DNA of 49,598 nt from the NCBI GenBank assembly GCA_964194535.1, contig CAXMMX010000069.1, positions 1 to 49,598 of the forward strand, given 5' to 3'. Numbering within the stretch: position 1 is the stretch's first letter; every line of letters begins with the position of its first letter. A model generated the notes under the pieces. It searched no databases. It saw only the letters and a program-made list of their open reading frames with translations, and was not told the DNA's origin. Below are positions 36,630 to 47,276 of this stretch, piece after piece. Made by a program: the position numbers and the translations under genes. This DNA comes from an uncultured Alphaproteobacteria bacterium (GTDB lineage: Bacteria; Pseudomonadota; Alphaproteobacteria; Rhizobiales; Methyloligellaceae).

Positions 36630-38030
36630 ATGGGCAAGACTCTCTACGACAAAATCTGGGATGATCATTTGGTCGACGAAAGCGATGACGGCACCTGCCT
36701 CATCTATATCGACCGGCACCTGATCCACGAAGTGACCAGCCCGCAGGCCTTTGAAGGCTTGCGCATGGCGAACCGCAAGGTGCGCGCGCCTGAAAAAACT
36801 TTGGCCGTCGTTGACCATAATGTGCCGACCACGGACCGGGCCGGAGGAATCGATGATCCGGAATCGAAACTCCAGGTTGATACTCTGGCGAAGAACTGCG
36901 CCGAGTTCGGTGTCGAATATTTCGATGAAGTGGATGTACGCCAGGGCATTGTTCACGTCATTGGCCCCGAGCAGGGCTTTACCCTTCCCGGCGCGACCAT
37001 CGTGTGCGGGGACAGCCACACCGCCACCCACGGCGCGTTCGGTGCGCTGGCCCATGGCATCGGCACGTCCGAAGTGGAGCATGTGCTGGCCACCCAGACG
37101 CTGATCCAGAAAAAGTCCAAGAATATGCGGGTGACCGTGAACGGTGAATTGCCGCCCGGTATCACCGCGAAGGATATCATCCTCGCCATCATCGGCGAGA
37201 TGGGCACCGCGGGCGGCACCGGTTACGTCATTGAATATGCCGGAGATGCGATTCGCTCCCTTTCCATGGAAGGCCGCATGACCATTTGCAACATGACCAT
37301 CGAGGGCGGGGCGCGCGCCGGGCTGATTGCGCCCGACGAGACAACTTTCGAGTATCTCAAGGGCCGGCCGAAATCGCCCAAAGCCGCCGCCTGGGAACAG
37401 GCGGTTGAATACTGGAAAACGCTCAAATCGGATGATGACGCCGTTTTCGACAAGAAAATCACGCTCGATGCCACCTCCCTGCCCCCGATCGTGACCTGGG
37501 GCACCAGCCCTGAGGACGTGGTGTCGGTGCTGGGTGAAGTGCCGGACCCTGAAAGCGTCGACGATGAAGGCAAGCAGGACTCCATGCGCCGCTCGCTCGA
37601 CTATATGGGCCTGACACCGGGCACCAAGGTGCAAGACATTTCCATCGACAGGGTTTTTATCGGCTCGTGCACAAATGGGCGCATCGAGGATTTGCGCGCC
37701 GCGGCACACATCGTCGAGGGCAAGCATGTGTCGGATCACGTCAACGCCATGATCGTTCCGGGCTCGGGGCTGGTGAAGGATCAGGCGGAAGCTGAAGGCC
37801 TCGACAAGATATTTGTCGATGCGGGGTTTGAATGGCGCGAGCCGGGCTGCTCCATGTGCCTGGCCATGAACCCGGACAAGCTGGAGCCGCATGAGCGCTG
37901 CGCCTCGACCTCGAACCGCAATTTCGAGGGACGCCAGGGGCGCCTGGGGCGCACTCACCTGGTCTCGCCCGCCATGGCGGCGGCAGCCGCAATCGCCGGG
38001 CATTTCGTCGATGTGCGGGAATTGGGTTAG
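36630..38030 (+). CDS. leuC: 3-isopropylmalate dehydratase large subunit
   Basis: 466 aa with aconitase-family motifs ([27 protein letters not shown]). Confidence 0.95.
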   Translation: MGKTLYDKIWDDHLVDESDDGTCLIYIDRHLIHEVTSPQAFEGLRMANRKVRAPEKTLAVVDHNVPTTDRAGGIDDPESKLQVDTLAKNCAEFGVEYFDEVDVRQGIVHVIGPEQGFTLPGATIVCGDSHTATHGAFGALAHGIGTSEVEHVLATQTLIQKKSKNMRVTVNGELPPGITAKDIILAIIGEMGTAGGTGYVIEYAGDAIRSLSMEGRMTICNMTIEGGARAGLIAPDETTFEYLKGRPKSPKAAAWEQAVEYWKTLKSDDDAVFDKKITLDATSLPPIVTWGTSPEDVVSVLGEVPDPESVDDEGKQDSMRRSLDYMGLTPGTKVQDISIDRVFIGSCTNGRIEDLRAAAHIVEGKHVSDHVNAMIVPGSGLVKDQAEAEGLDKIFVDAGFEWREPGCSMCLAMNPDKLEPHERCASTSNRNFEGRQGRLGRTHLVSPAMAAAAAIAGHFVDVRELG

Positions 38031-38061
38031 GGCATCGAAGTATATTCAGGAGATGCCGGAT

Positions 38062-38613
38062 ATGAGCTCGCGGCGTGTGATGTTTCTCGTTGTCCTTACC
38101 GCCGTGCTTATGTCCATGGGCGGTGCAGGCTCCGCTTACGCGCAAGCTGAAGGCAGCTCTGATCTGGATATTCCGCTGAGCCAGTATATGGCCAAGGCCG
38201 GGCCGGACGTAAAACTCATCGAGCCGGGCAAGCTCAAGATCGATGGCCACACCATGGTATGCGGAAAGCGCCCGACGGTCATCGACCCGAAATTTGAAAG
38301 CTGGGGCGGCGCTTACCCGGGCTACCTGATTCTCAATCCGGCGCGGATGAAGGGCCTGCCGACACCGGTGAAGCTGTTCGTTTACGCCCATGAGTGCGGA
38401 CATCAGTTTATCGGCCGGGACGAGGGCGCGGCAGATTGCTTCGGCATCAAGCGCGGGCGGCGCTATGGCTGGCTTGGCGAAGAGGGATTGGCGCAGGTCT
38501 GTGACTTCATCTCCAAGCTCAAGAGCGATGCCGACCATGCTGACGGTCCGAAGCGTTGCAACAAAATGCGCATGTGCTACATGGATGCGGGTCCGCGCGC
38601 GACGCGCAACTAG
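38062..38613 (+). CDS. secreted HExxH-motif protein, paralog 1 (uncharacterised)
   Basis: Signal peptide and FVYAHECGHQFIG. ATG 38062 has AGGAG 9 nt upstream. It shares a conserved framework with the next ORF. Confidence 0.6.
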   Translation: MSSRRVMFLVVLTAVLMSMGGAGSAYAQAEGSSDLDIPLSQYMAKAGPDVKLIEPGKLKIDGHTMVCGKRPTVIDPKFESWGGAYPGYLILNPARMKGLPTPVKLFVYAHECGHQFIGRDEGAADCFGIKRGRRYGWLGEEGLAQVCDFISKLKSDADHADGPKRCNKMRMCYMDAGPRATRN

Positions 38614-38696
38614 AAGTTATAAATCTACACTCTGGTGACTTGACCGGATAACAGCCCCGGCACACGCTGATAAATGCTCAAGAGAAAGGTTATTGA

Positions 38697-39197
38697 ATGC
38701 GGCGACGTCACACAGCCGGGCTAGTATGTGTGTTGGCGGCAGGCTCCGCTCTATGGGCGCTGGCGCCGGCCGGGCTGGATGCCGCACCCAAGGAAAAGAT
38801 GCTTCCGCCGGGCACACTTAAGCTCGCCGGGCGCACCATGAGCTGCGGGCGCACACCGACGCTTATCTCACACACTTTCTGGGATTATGGCGGCGCCAAG
38901 AAGGGGATTATCATCCTCAACCCGACGAAGCTGGAAGGGCTGAGCGAAGCCGTCCGGCTCTATGTCTACGCCCATGAGTGTGGGCATCAGCTGTTTGGCC
39001 CCAAGGAATCCAGGGCGGATTGCTACGCGGTCGAACGCGGCAAGCGCGATGGCTGGCTGAACCGTACTGGGATGACGGAGGTCTGCGCTTTTCTCGCTCA
39101 ACATCCGGGCGACTGGGTTCACCCGCCCGGCATCAAGCGCTGCGAAATCATGACCAAATGCTTCGACAAGGCCAAGCCGCGCCGGGCGCAGAGGTAA
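38697..39197 (+). CDS. secreted HExxH-motif protein, paralog 2 (uncharacterised)
   Basis: Signal peptide and YVYAHECGHQLFG. It aligns with paralog 1 through G.LK..G.TM.CG..PT, ILNP, ADC, RG.R.GWL, VC.F and KRC..M..C. Confidence 0.6.
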   Translation: MRRRHTAGLVCVLAAGSALWALAPAGLDAAPKEKMLPPGTLKLAGRTMSCGRTPTLISHTFWDYGGAKKGIIILNPTKLEGLSEAVRLYVYAHECGHQLFGPKESRADCYAVERGKRDGWLNRTGMTEVCAFLAQHPGDWVHPPGIKRCEIMTKCFDKAKPRRAQR

Positions 39198-39232
39198 TCT
39201 TCAAACGGTTATCCGAATTTGGTAGCGCCGTC

Positions 39233-39553
39233 TCAAAGCAGCCGGCAGGGCCTGCCGCGTGCGACGCAAATTGTGCGCCTGCCGCTAGCCTTGCAGATGA
39301 ACCGGTTATTGTCCGCAGCCCACCAGGAATACCACAGAAGGCCGAATTTCTTGACCACTTTGATCTCCCAGGCCACCTCCGCATCGATCTTTGCGAGCCG
39401 CTCATGCACCACCGATGAGCCGGTCGCCACCGTATCGCGCTTGGCGCAGGTCATGCTGCTGCCCGCATGGCTCTCGCCCACCCACAGCATGCTCGTAAAT
39501 GCAATGCACAGGATAGCGAAAGTGAAGGTAGTGCTCGCTCTTGATTTCTTCAT
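39233..39553 (-). CDS. small secreted Cys-containing hypothetical protein
   Basis: Signal peptide MKKSRASTTFTFAILCIAFTSMLWVGESHA, and a mature part ending ...WYSWWAADNNRFICKASGRRTICVARGRPC. This pattern is seen in small alphaproteobacterial exported proteins (from memory). Confidence 0.5.
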   Translation of the reverse strand: MKKSRASTTFTFAILCIAFTSMLWVGESHAGSSMTCAKRDTVATGSSVVHERLAKIDAEVAWEIKVVKKFGLLWYSWWAADNNRFICKASGRRTICVARGRPCRLL

Positions 39554-40051
39554 GTCCCGGCCCCCATCGCCCTCATTCCGGAATCTGCCCGCTTAAACGA
39601 CGCGGCGATGACACATCCGCCACGCATAGAACCCGGCACGTGACGCAGTTTGACGAGAAGTCAGCCGTGGCGAAGAGGAAAATACAGGTTATCCCCGCTA
39701 TCCCCGGTTTCCACAGGGGGGCACAAAAGTGAGGGAAGTTGCCAAATTCAAGTGATTTGGAGAGCGAAAATCACCCGGGGTCCGGGGCATCAGGCGCGGG
39801 AAACTCATCCCGAAAAACATCCTCGATGCCGAGGACGCCAGGATAGCGTTTTCCTCCGGCGCGGACGCCGCCGAAGCAATTATCACCCCGCCCCCGCCTA
39901 TGATGCTCGTGCGCAATCGCCGGTAGCCCACTCTTCCATTTGCCCCCTGTCACCGCGGGGGAGGTCTTGACCGGCGCCGCCAAACACCGCATGAAATGGC
40001 CAACAGGATGAGCGTATATGTTCACGCCCGCTTCCGGCACGAGGAAAGCCC

Positions 40052-40657
40052 ATGGAAAAATTCACCACCCTCACCGGCGTCGCCGCGCCGCTGAACATGA
40101 TCAATGTCGACACCGACAAGATCATCCCCAAACAGTATCTCAAGACGATTGCGCGCACCGGTCTCGGCAAGGCGCTGTTTTCGGAGATGCGCTACAATGA
40201 TGACGGTTCGGAAAATGAGGAGTTTGTTCTCAACAAGCCGGCCTATCGCGACGCCAAGATTCTGGTTGCGGGGAAGAATTTCGGTTGCGGGTCGTCGCGA
40301 GAACACGCGCCCTGGGCGCTGCTGGATTTCGGCATCCGCTGCGTGGTGTCGATCTCTTTCGCCGACATTTTCTACAATAACTGCTTCAAGAACGGCATTC
40401 TGCCCATCATGCTGCCGCCCGAAGACGTGGACAAGCTGCTGGAAGATGCGGAGCGTGGCTCCAACGCCACTATCAGCATCGATCTGGAAGCTCAGGAAAT
40501 AAAAGGCCCAGATGGCGGCGTGATCAAATTCGACATCGACCCGCACCTTAAACACTGCCTGTTGAACGGCCTTGATGACGTTGGTCTCACGCTGAAGAAA
40601 GAGGAAAAAATCACCTCTTTTGAAGAAAAATCGGCAGCCGAACATCCCTGGGTTTAG
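40052..40657 (+). CDS. leuD: 3-isopropylmalate dehydratase small subunit
   Basis: 201 aa with [17 protein letters not shown]. Confidence 0.95.
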   Translation: MEKFTTLTGVAAPLNMINVDTDKIIPKQYLKTIARTGLGKALFSEMRYNDDGSENEEFVLNKPAYRDAKILVAGKNFGCGSSREHAPWALLDFGIRCVVSISFADIFYNNCFKNGILPIMLPPEDVDKLLEDAERGSNATISIDLEAQEIKGPDGGVIKFDIDPHLKHCLLNGLDDVGLTLKKEEKITSFEEKSAAEHPWV

Positions 40658-40688
40658 GGGGGTGAGATGTAGTCATCGGGCTTCGAGT

Positions 40689-41906
40689 TCACAGGACGCC
40701 CTCCTTCTTGAGTTTGACAAGCTCATCTGAACCAAGACCGAGCCGGCCGTAAATTTCTTCATTGTCCGCGCCAAGTTCCGGTGGAGGGGTGTCAACGCCA
40801 AGAGCCGCGCCGTCCATCTTCACCGCGATGCGCGCCAGCCGCACATCGCGCTCCGCGCCCGGCACTTGCCTGAATTCCGCCAGCATGCCGCGCTCCGTAA
40901 TCTGCGGATGGGCCAGGATTTCCGGAACGGTGAAAAGTTCACCGGATGGTATGCCTTGCGCGTTCATAAGCGCGGCCCAATCGCTGGCGGATTTTTCGCA
41001 CAGCGTTTTCTCCAGCTCCGCCTTGAGCTTGTCGCGGTTCCTCAGCCGCGCCTCGCGTTCGCCATAGTCAGGATCGTCAAGCAAATCCTCGCGGCCCAGA
41101 AGCCCGCACAGGCCTTCAAACTGCTGCTGCTTGTTAGCCGAGATGTTGAGCAGCCCGTCACCGGTCTCGAAGGTGCCGGACGGCGCGGCGGTAAAGTTCT
41201 CATTGCCCTGCGGCTTGGGCTCAATACCGGCCACAAGATGGTTGGACACAACCCAGCCCATGGTCGCGAGTGTCGCTTCAAGCATCGAGACATCGATGAA
41301 CTGCGCCTTGTTTTTCTTGCGTCCCGCAACAGCGGCGCAAATGGCCATGGCGGCTGTGAGCCCGCCGATGGTGTCGCACATGGGATAGCCGACACGCAGC
41401 GGCGCGCTTGTCTTGTCGCCAGTGATGCTCATGACGCCGGACACGCCTTGCACGATCTGGTCGTAGGCCGGCAAATCGCGCATCGGGCCATCCTGGCCAA
41501 ACCCTGAAATGGCGCAATAGATGAGATTGGATTTGTGGCTCTTGAGGGCATCAAAACCCACGCCAAGCCGCTCCATGACGCCGGGGCGGAAATTCTCAAC
41601 CACCACGTCGGCGCGGCCAACGAGCTTTTCAAACAGCGCGCGCCCCTTATCGCTCTTGAGGTTGAGCGTGATGGAGCGCTTGCCCGCATTCTGGGCCAGG
41701 AACGAGACGCCCATGAGCTTTGCGTTCAGCTCCGCATCTGCGCCGAGCTGGCGCGCGAGGTCGCCGCGTCCCGGCATTTCCACCTTGATGACCTCGGCGC
41801 TGAAATGCGCCAGCTGGTGGCAGCAGAACGGCCCGGCCAGCACATTGGTCAAATCCAGGACTGTGATGCCATCCAAGGGTTTGCTCACGATCACGCCATC
41901 CCTCAT
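40689..41906 (-). CDS. family III CoA-transferase (CaiB/BaiF family)
   Basis: N-terminus PLDGITVLDLTNVLAGPFC and a 405-aa length typical of the family. Confidence 0.9.
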   Translation of the reverse strand: MRDGVIVSKPLDGITVLDLTNVLAGPFCCHQLAHFSAEVIKVEMPGRGDLARQLGADAELNAKLMGVSFLAQNAGKRSITLNLKSDKGRALFEKLVGRADVVVENFRPGVMERLGVGFDALKSHKSNLIYCAISGFGQDGPMRDLPAYDQIVQGVSGVMSITGDKTSAPLRVGYPMCDTIGGLTAAMAICAAVAGRKKNKAQFIDVSMLEATLATMGWVVSNHLVAGIEPKPQGNENFTAAPSGTFETGDGLLNISANKQQQFEGLCGLLGREDLLDDPDYGEREARLRNRDKLKAELEKTLCEKSASDWAALMNAQGIPSGELFTVPEILAHPQITERGMLAEFRQVPGAERDVRLARIAVKMDGAALGVDTPPPELGADNEEIYGRLGLGSDELVKLKKEGVL

Positions 41907-42078
41907 GATTATTTTTCAGGTGATATCTTCTCTAGCAGAACCGGGTCTTACCGCAAGCTACAGAAGCTGATGAGGTCATTGAGAGGACCCACCCTGTCTT
42001 GCCAAGCGTACCCTAAGACGCTAGGCGTTGCCGGAACAATTCCAGCATATTTGCGTTTTCAGTTAGGGGCGTTCACTG

Positions 42079-43185
42079 ATGGCGAATTACAATCTTCTGC
42101 TACTTCCTGGAGACGGCATCGGCCCGGAGGTCATGGGCGAGGTTGAGGGCGTGGTCTCCTGGCTTAACAGCCAGACTCAGAACAGCTTCAATGTCGAGAC
42201 TGATCTGGTCGGCGGCGCGGCCATCGACGAACATGGCGTGCCGGTTACCGACGCCACGGTTGAAAAGGCAATGAGCGCCGACGCGGCGATCCTCGGCGCG
42301 GTCGGCGGGCCGAAATGGGACCGCATCGATTTTGAAATCCGGCCCGAAGCCGGGCTGCTGCGCCTGAGAAAAGACCTCGATTTGTTCGCGAACTTAAGGC
42401 CCGCAATCTGCTATCCGGCGCTTGCCGATGCCTCGTCGCTTAAACGTGAACTGGTTGAAGGGCTCGACATCATGATCGTGCGCGAGCTGACCGGTGGCAC
42501 CTATTTTGGCGAGCCGAAGGAAATCACCGATCTTCCCGACGGGCAGAAGCGCGCCGTCGACACGACCGTTTACACCACGTCCGAGATTGAGCGCATTGTC
42601 CGTGTCGCCTGCGATCTGGCGCGAAAGCGCGGCAAAAAAATTCACTCGGCCGAAAAACATAATGTGATGAAATCCGGCGTCCTCTGGTACGAGGTCGCGC
42701 AGCGCGTCTTCAAGGACGAGTATTCCGATCTGGAGACGCACCATATCCTGGCTGACAATTGCGCCATGCAACTGGTGCGCGACCCCAAGCAGTTCGACGT
42801 GCTGGTGACCGACAATCTGTTCGGCGACATGCTGTCCGACGAAGCCGCCATGATGACCGGCTCGCTGGGCATGCTCCCGTCCGCATCTCTCGGCGCGGAA
42901 GAGAACGGCAAACGCAAGTCGCTCTATGAGCCGGTGCACGGGACTGCGCCGGACATTGCCGGCCAGGATCTCGCCAACCCGATCGCCACCATTGCCAGCT
43001 TCGGCATGTCGCTTCGCTACAGCTTCGATATGGCCGAGGCGGCTGATATGATCGATCAAGCCATCGCCAATGTGCTGGATAGCGGGCTGCGCACCGGTGA
43101 CATCATGCAGGACGGGAAACGACAGTCCGGCACAAAAGAGATGGGCGCGGCAATCAAGGCCGAGATGGATAAACTCGCTGCGTAA
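42079..43185 (+). CDS. leuB: 3-isopropylmalate dehydrogenase
   Basis: [13 protein letters not shown] and [25 protein letters not shown]. Confidence 0.95.
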   Translation: MANYNLLLLPGDGIGPEVMGEVEGVVSWLNSQTQNSFNVETDLVGGAAIDEHGVPVTDATVEKAMSADAAILGAVGGPKWDRIDFEIRPEAGLLRLRKDLDLFANLRPAICYPALADASSLKRELVEGLDIMIVRELTGGTYFGEPKEITDLPDGQKRAVDTTVYTTSEIERIVRVACDLARKRGKKIHSAEKHNVMKSGVLWYEVAQRVFKDEYSDLETHHILADNCAMQLVRDPKQFDVLVTDNLFGDMLSDEAAMMTGSLGMLPSASLGAEENGKRKSLYEPVHGTAPDIAGQDLANPIATIASFGMSLRYSFDMAEAADMIDQAIANVLDSGLRTGDIMQDGKRQSGTKEMGAAIKAEMDKLAA

Positions 43186-43200
43186 GGAGAGGGCAAACAC

Positions 43201-43893
43201 ATGACCTCAATAGCCATTATCGCCTTTGACGGCGTTACCGACATCGACGTGTTCCTGCACTGGGACTTCCTCAATCGTCCACTGACGATGTTTCCTGAAA
43301 CGCCGGCAGACGAAGAGGCCGCACCTCCCGGGAATGAGGACGCGAATGAGGAGGCCGCCGAAGGCGAAGAAGCTGAAGTTGAGGAAGACGCCGAACCAAA
43401 GCCCGGCCGCGACTGGTCGGTGAGCATTCTCGGCACCGCGCCGCGGCACACCACCCTGGCCGGGTATGAGCTGGAAACCCATGGCACAATCGAAAGCGCG
43501 CGCGACATGGACGCGGTGGTGGTGGCCAGCGGAGCGCGCACCCGCGAGCTGATTAACGACGCGGAATATCTCGCCCGGCTGCTGGTCGACCCGGAAGACC
43601 AGTATGTCTGCTCGCAATGTTCAGGCGCCCTGATCCTGGCAGGCTCGGGCATTCTGGCCGGGCTCGAGGCGACCACCTACCCCACCGCGAAGGAACAGCT
43701 CGAAAGCAAGGGCGCGATATTTGTCGACCAGCCTCTCGTCACCCATGAAAAAATAGCCACCGCCGCCGGGTGCCTGGCAGGCGTCGAGCTTGACCGCTGG
43801 CTTCTCACAAAGCTCATCGACAAGGAAACCGCAGACAAATGCATCAATTCGGGCGAAGCCTGGGGCCGGGGTATCGAGCGGCTCGACAATTAA
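43201..43893 (+). CDS. DJ-1/PfpI-family protein with an acidic insertion
   Basis: Nucleophile-elbow CSGALILAGSGIL. An approximately 45-aa Glu/Ala-rich insert (PADEEAAPPGNEDANEEAAEGEEAEVEEDAEP) follows the first strand. Confidence 0.7.
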   Translation: MTSIAIIAFDGVTDIDVFLHWDFLNRPLTMFPETPADEEAAPPGNEDANEEAAEGEEAEVEEDAEPKPGRDWSVSILGTAPRHTTLAGYELETHGTIESARDMDAVVVASGARTRELINDAEYLARLLVDPEDQYVCSQCSGALILAGSGILAGLEATTYPTAKEQLESKGAIFVDQPLVTHEKIATAAGCLAGVELDRWLLTKLIDKETADKCINSGEAWGRGIERLDN

Positions 43894-43935
43894 TCTGCCG
43901 CAATTCAGCTTCTTTTCGCCGCCAGGGCAGATTTA

Positions 43936-44652
43936 ATGATCGCGAAATTTCACTATTTCACAGTCACATCGGCCCTGCTCGCGGGTCTTGCCTTGCCGCA
44001 CGCGGCGACGGCGCAGCAGCCAGCCGAACCTTACCCCGTCCCGCCGGTATCGGAACAGGCGCAAAAACCCAAGCGCATCCTCACGCCTGAGGAAAAGGCC
44101 GAAAAGGCCCAGCGCCGCATCTGCAAGGTTCAGATTTGCAGTATTTTCTCGACCAAGGACCCGCAAGGCGCGAACATAGATTGCCTGATCGTCAAGACCT
44201 GGCGCGAGGAGGATATAGAGGAAATCCTGTCCGGCGGAAAACTTGACTGGCCGTGGGGCAAGGCGCGCTGCACCACGCAGCTCAAACTCAACCGCGCCAC
44301 TCTTGCAGCCGCCGCAAGCGCCTATGGCACAACTGCCAAGCTGGTGAAGCACACCATTACCTGCTCGCTCGATCTTAAATCCGACAGGGAAAGCTACGAT
44401 GTGAGAATGGACATCACGCCGGAAGTGACTTTTGCCGGCGGAAAGGCGACCGGCGCGCGCATCAACTGGGGCGCCATAGATGCGCCGATGCTGGCCTACT
44501 CAGTGATCTGGCCGGGAGCAATGCTCGACAATTCGCTGAATATCCTTGGCGGGCAAGTGGTGAAGATGACCAACGAGTTCATGGGCAAGAAATGCGCCGC
44601 GGTGAAAGACGCACTTCCAAAGCGCGCCTCCTACAGCCCCATGCCCCGGTGA
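43936..44652 (+). CDS. secreted hypothetical protein
   Basis: Signal peptide MIAKFHYFTVTSALLAGLALPHAATA and six cysteines. No family recognised. Confidence 0.55.
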   Translation: MIAKFHYFTVTSALLAGLALPHAATAQQPAEPYPVPPVSEQAQKPKRILTPEEKAEKAQRRICKVQICSIFSTKDPQGANIDCLIVKTWREEDIEEILSGGKLDWPWGKARCTTQLKLNRATLAAAASAYGTTAKLVKHTITCSLDLKSDRESYDVRMDITPEVTFAGGKATGARINWGAIDAPMLAYSVIWPGAMLDNSLNILGGQVVKMTNEFMGKKCAAVKDALPKRASYSPMPR

Positions 44653-44829
44653 ACCAGCTACCCGATCCTCGCGCCGAGCATCCTGCCAAGCGTCCCGTCC
44701 TTGTCCACCACATGATGCATCTTCAACGTAATGTGATGGCCAGTACAGTGTTCGATCATTATACGTGTCTGCGACGGGATAACTGATCTGCCACGTCTTC
44801 ACCGCATGTATTTGAGAAGGAGCGCCGTA

Positions 44830-45207
44830 ATGACTGCACTTGATCCATATCTCAAGCTCGCTGGCCGCGTCCTGCTGTCGCTTATCTTCGTCTGGGCCGG
44901 ATATGGGAAAATCATCAGTTATGCCGGCGCTCAAGGGTATATGGAAAAATCCGGCGTGCCCGGTGAACTCCTGCCGCTTGTGATCCTGACCGAGCTTGGC
45001 GGCGGGCTGGCAATCCTGCTGGGGTGGAAAACGCGCTGGGTGGCGCTCGCTCTCGCCGGATTTTGCGTTTTGTCGGCGCTCTTTTTCCACCTCGACTTCG
45101 GCGACAAGACCCAGCTCATCCAATTCCTGAAGAATCTGGGACTGGCCGGCGGATTACTTGTTCTGGCGGCCGCCGGGCCCGGCGCGCTGTCGGTGGACGA
45201 GCGCTGA
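44830..45207 (+). CDS. DoxX-family membrane protein
   Basis: Four helices with LLSLIFVWAGYGKI and LKNLGLAGGLL. ATG 44830 has AAGGAG 8 nt upstream. Confidence 0.8.
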   Translation: MTALDPYLKLAGRVLLSLIFVWAGYGKIISYAGAQGYMEKSGVPGELLPLVILTELGGGLAILLGWKTRWVALALAGFCVLSALFFHLDFGDKTQLIQFLKNLGLAGGLLVLAAAGPGALSVDER

Positions 45208-45302
45208 GTGTTGCAATGTCTTTACAATGAGCAGTGCATAACTTACATCCCGCGCGAGGCTTGGGCTGAAATGCCCAAAGCCAGAATTACGGAGCGAGCG
45301 TT

Positions 45303-46328
45303 ATGAGTTACAAAATCGCCATTGTCGGCGCCACGGGCAATGTCGGCCGTGAGTTGCTGGAAATCCTGTCCGAGCGCGAGTTTCCGGCCGATGAGGTATT
45401 CGCAATCGCATCGCGCCGCTCGCTGGGCACCGAGGTTTCGTTCGGCAACAAGACCCTCAAATGCAAGGATCTGGAGCAGTTTGACTTCTCAAATTGTGAC
45501 ATCGCGCTGATGTCAGTCGGCGGTGAGCTATCGAAGGCGTGGGCGCCGAAGATCGCAGTCCAGGGCTGCGTGGTGATCGATAATTCATCCGCCTGGCGCA
45601 CCGACCCGGACGTGCCGCTGATCGTGCCGGAAGTGAACGCGCAAGACATTGCCGGTTTCACCAAGAAGAACATCATCGCCAACCCGAACTGTTCCACCGC
45701 CCAGCTTGTTGTCGCGCTCAAGCCGCTGCATGACGCGGCGACCATAAAACGCGTCGTTATCGCCACCTACCAGTCGGTATCGGGCGCGGGCAAGGAAGCG
45801 ATGGAGGAGCTGTGGACCCAGACCAAGGGTATCTTCGTCACCGATCCGCCGACGCCGGAAAAATTCACCAAGCAGATCGCCTTCAACGTCATCCCCCATA
45901 TTGATGAGTTCATGGAGGATGGCACCACCAAAGAAGAGTGGAAGATGGTGGCCGAGACCAAGAAGATCCTCGACAAGAACATCAAGCTCACCGCCACCTG
46001 CGCGCGGGTGCCGGTTTTTGTCGGCCATTCCGAAGCCATCAATATTGAGTTCGAGAAGCCGATCACGGCTGACGAGGCGCGTGAGATTTTGCGCGAGGCG
46101 CCGGGCTGCATGGTGGTCGACAAGCACGAGGATGGCGGCTATGTGACGCCGGTTGAATGCGTCGGCGATTTCGCCACCTTCATCTCCCGCATCCGCGAGG
46201 ACTCAACAATCGACAATGGCCTGAACATCTGGGTGGTGTCGGACAATCTGCGCAAGGGCGCGGCGCTGAACTCCATCCAGATCGCCGAAACACTGATCAA
46301 CCGGGGCTTGCTGAAGCAGGCGGCTTGA
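45303..46328 (+). CDS. asd: aspartate-semialdehyde dehydrogenase
   Basis: IAIVGATGNVGRE, active-site NPNCSTAQ, and 341 aa in length. Confidence 0.95.
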   Translation: MSYKIAIVGATGNVGRELLEILSEREFPADEVFAIASRRSLGTEVSFGNKTLKCKDLEQFDFSNCDIALMSVGGELSKAWAPKIAVQGCVVIDNSSAWRTDPDVPLIVPEVNAQDIAGFTKKNIIANPNCSTAQLVVALKPLHDAATIKRVVIATYQSVSGAGKEAMEELWTQTKGIFVTDPPTPEKFTKQIAFNVIPHIDEFMEDGTTKEEWKMVAETKKILDKNIKLTATCARVPVFVGHSEAINIEFEKPITADEAREILREAPGCMVVDKHEDGGYVTPVECVGDFATFISRIREDSTIDNGLNIWVVSDNLRKGAALNSIQIAETLINRGLLKQAA

Positions 46329-46512
46329 TCGAACTCTCGAAACCCCGGCCTTGAGCCGGAGTCCACATAACGAACGCCCCATGGACCCCGGTTTTCGTGT
46401 TCTGTCCCGGAAGATTGGACAGCACCTCAAGCGGCGCTTTGTTGCTAAGGCATCTGCCCTGCACGATATATACAGCGAATCGAACGAAATGTGAAAAGGG
46501 AGGCCGGAGGTC

Positions 46513-47052
46513 GTGGGCAATTACGCTATCGAATTGACCGACGGAGAATCCGCGCATGTCGCCGGGATCGAATTGGATAAGTCAAAAGTCGATTATGAGG
46601 CATGCCAAAAGCAGGGACCGCTAATTCTTCAATTGCTTGAGTCGCTGGGCAAACGGAAGGCGATCCCCGAAATACGAAATCAATACTGGACCGAACCGCG
46701 CTTTCACCACGGTCGTATAAAATCTTCGAACAAAGGGCTTTTTGAACACAACGGCACAGCGGGAAACGACATTTACATCCACCCGCACTTCCTGCCCTTC
46801 CTTCGCTATTTTCTTTTCAGCGCAAACCTTCCTGCCCCAGTCATCGAAGCCTTCGAACAGCAGGTGGGAAACCCAGAGTGGGTGACATCGGGGGACGTGC
46901 AGGTCATCACCAAGCGGGTGCGCGCGCTGATGCGGGAGTTCCGGCTCGACAAGGGAAGCGCACCAGAGGAATTCTACCGCTTGAGTCTGGATATGGGGCT
47001 GGACCAAATCTATGCCCAGGTGGTCTTGCGGGCCGCCAAGCAGGTTCGCTAG
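46513..47052 (+). CDS. orphan hypothetical protein (179 aa)
   Basis: GTG start with AAAGGGAGG 9 nt upstream. No signal peptide and no recognisable motif. It is noticeably more AT-rich than the flanking asd. Confidence 0.5.
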   Translation: MGNYAIELTDGESAHVAGIELDKSKVDYEACQKQGPLILQLLESLGKRKAIPEIRNQYWTEPRFHHGRIKSSNKGLFEHNGTAGNDIYIHPHFLPFLRYFLFSANLPAPVIEAFEQQVGNPEWVTSGDVQVITKRVRALMREFRLDKGSAPEEFYRLSLDMGLDQIYAQVVLRAAKQVR

Positions 47053-47276
47053 CAAGTCTTAGGTGCTTTTGCGTAGCGTGGCGCAAACTTATCCCCGCAC
47101 CTCCAAACCTCCCTTAAACTCTGCTCATCCCTTCCTCATCAGGGACGCGGGCTTAAGACCGTGTTGGACCGTGAGGAAGAGAGCGGCTCTCCCGAGCCGG
47201 GGCATAACCGTCCGTTGCTCCGGAGCGTGCCGTCCCGGACCCGGGGGTACTACGGCCCCCGCTCCTGAGGCTGGAC

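Noticed and set aside
36561-38003. A 480-aa ORF antisense to leuC. Similar long antisense ORFs occur at 34887-36158 (opposite the aminotransferase), 12707-13810 (opposite acnA), 27187-28230 (opposite ffh), 29487-30584 (opposite the cyclase), 42394-43200 (opposite leuB), 19099-19860 (opposite ftsY) and 4174-5088.
   Set aside because: Each lies opposite a gene with unmistakable family motifs. Their translations are Arg/Gly/His-rich with no motifs. Long stop-free antisense frames are expected in GC-rich DNA.
39650-40040. ORFs of 77-106 aa on both strands in the leuD upstream gap.
   Set aside because: They mutually overlap, lack an RBS, and have Arg/Pro/Gly-rich, low-information translations. 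They are kept only as a possible gene remnant in the finding on the leuD upstream gap.
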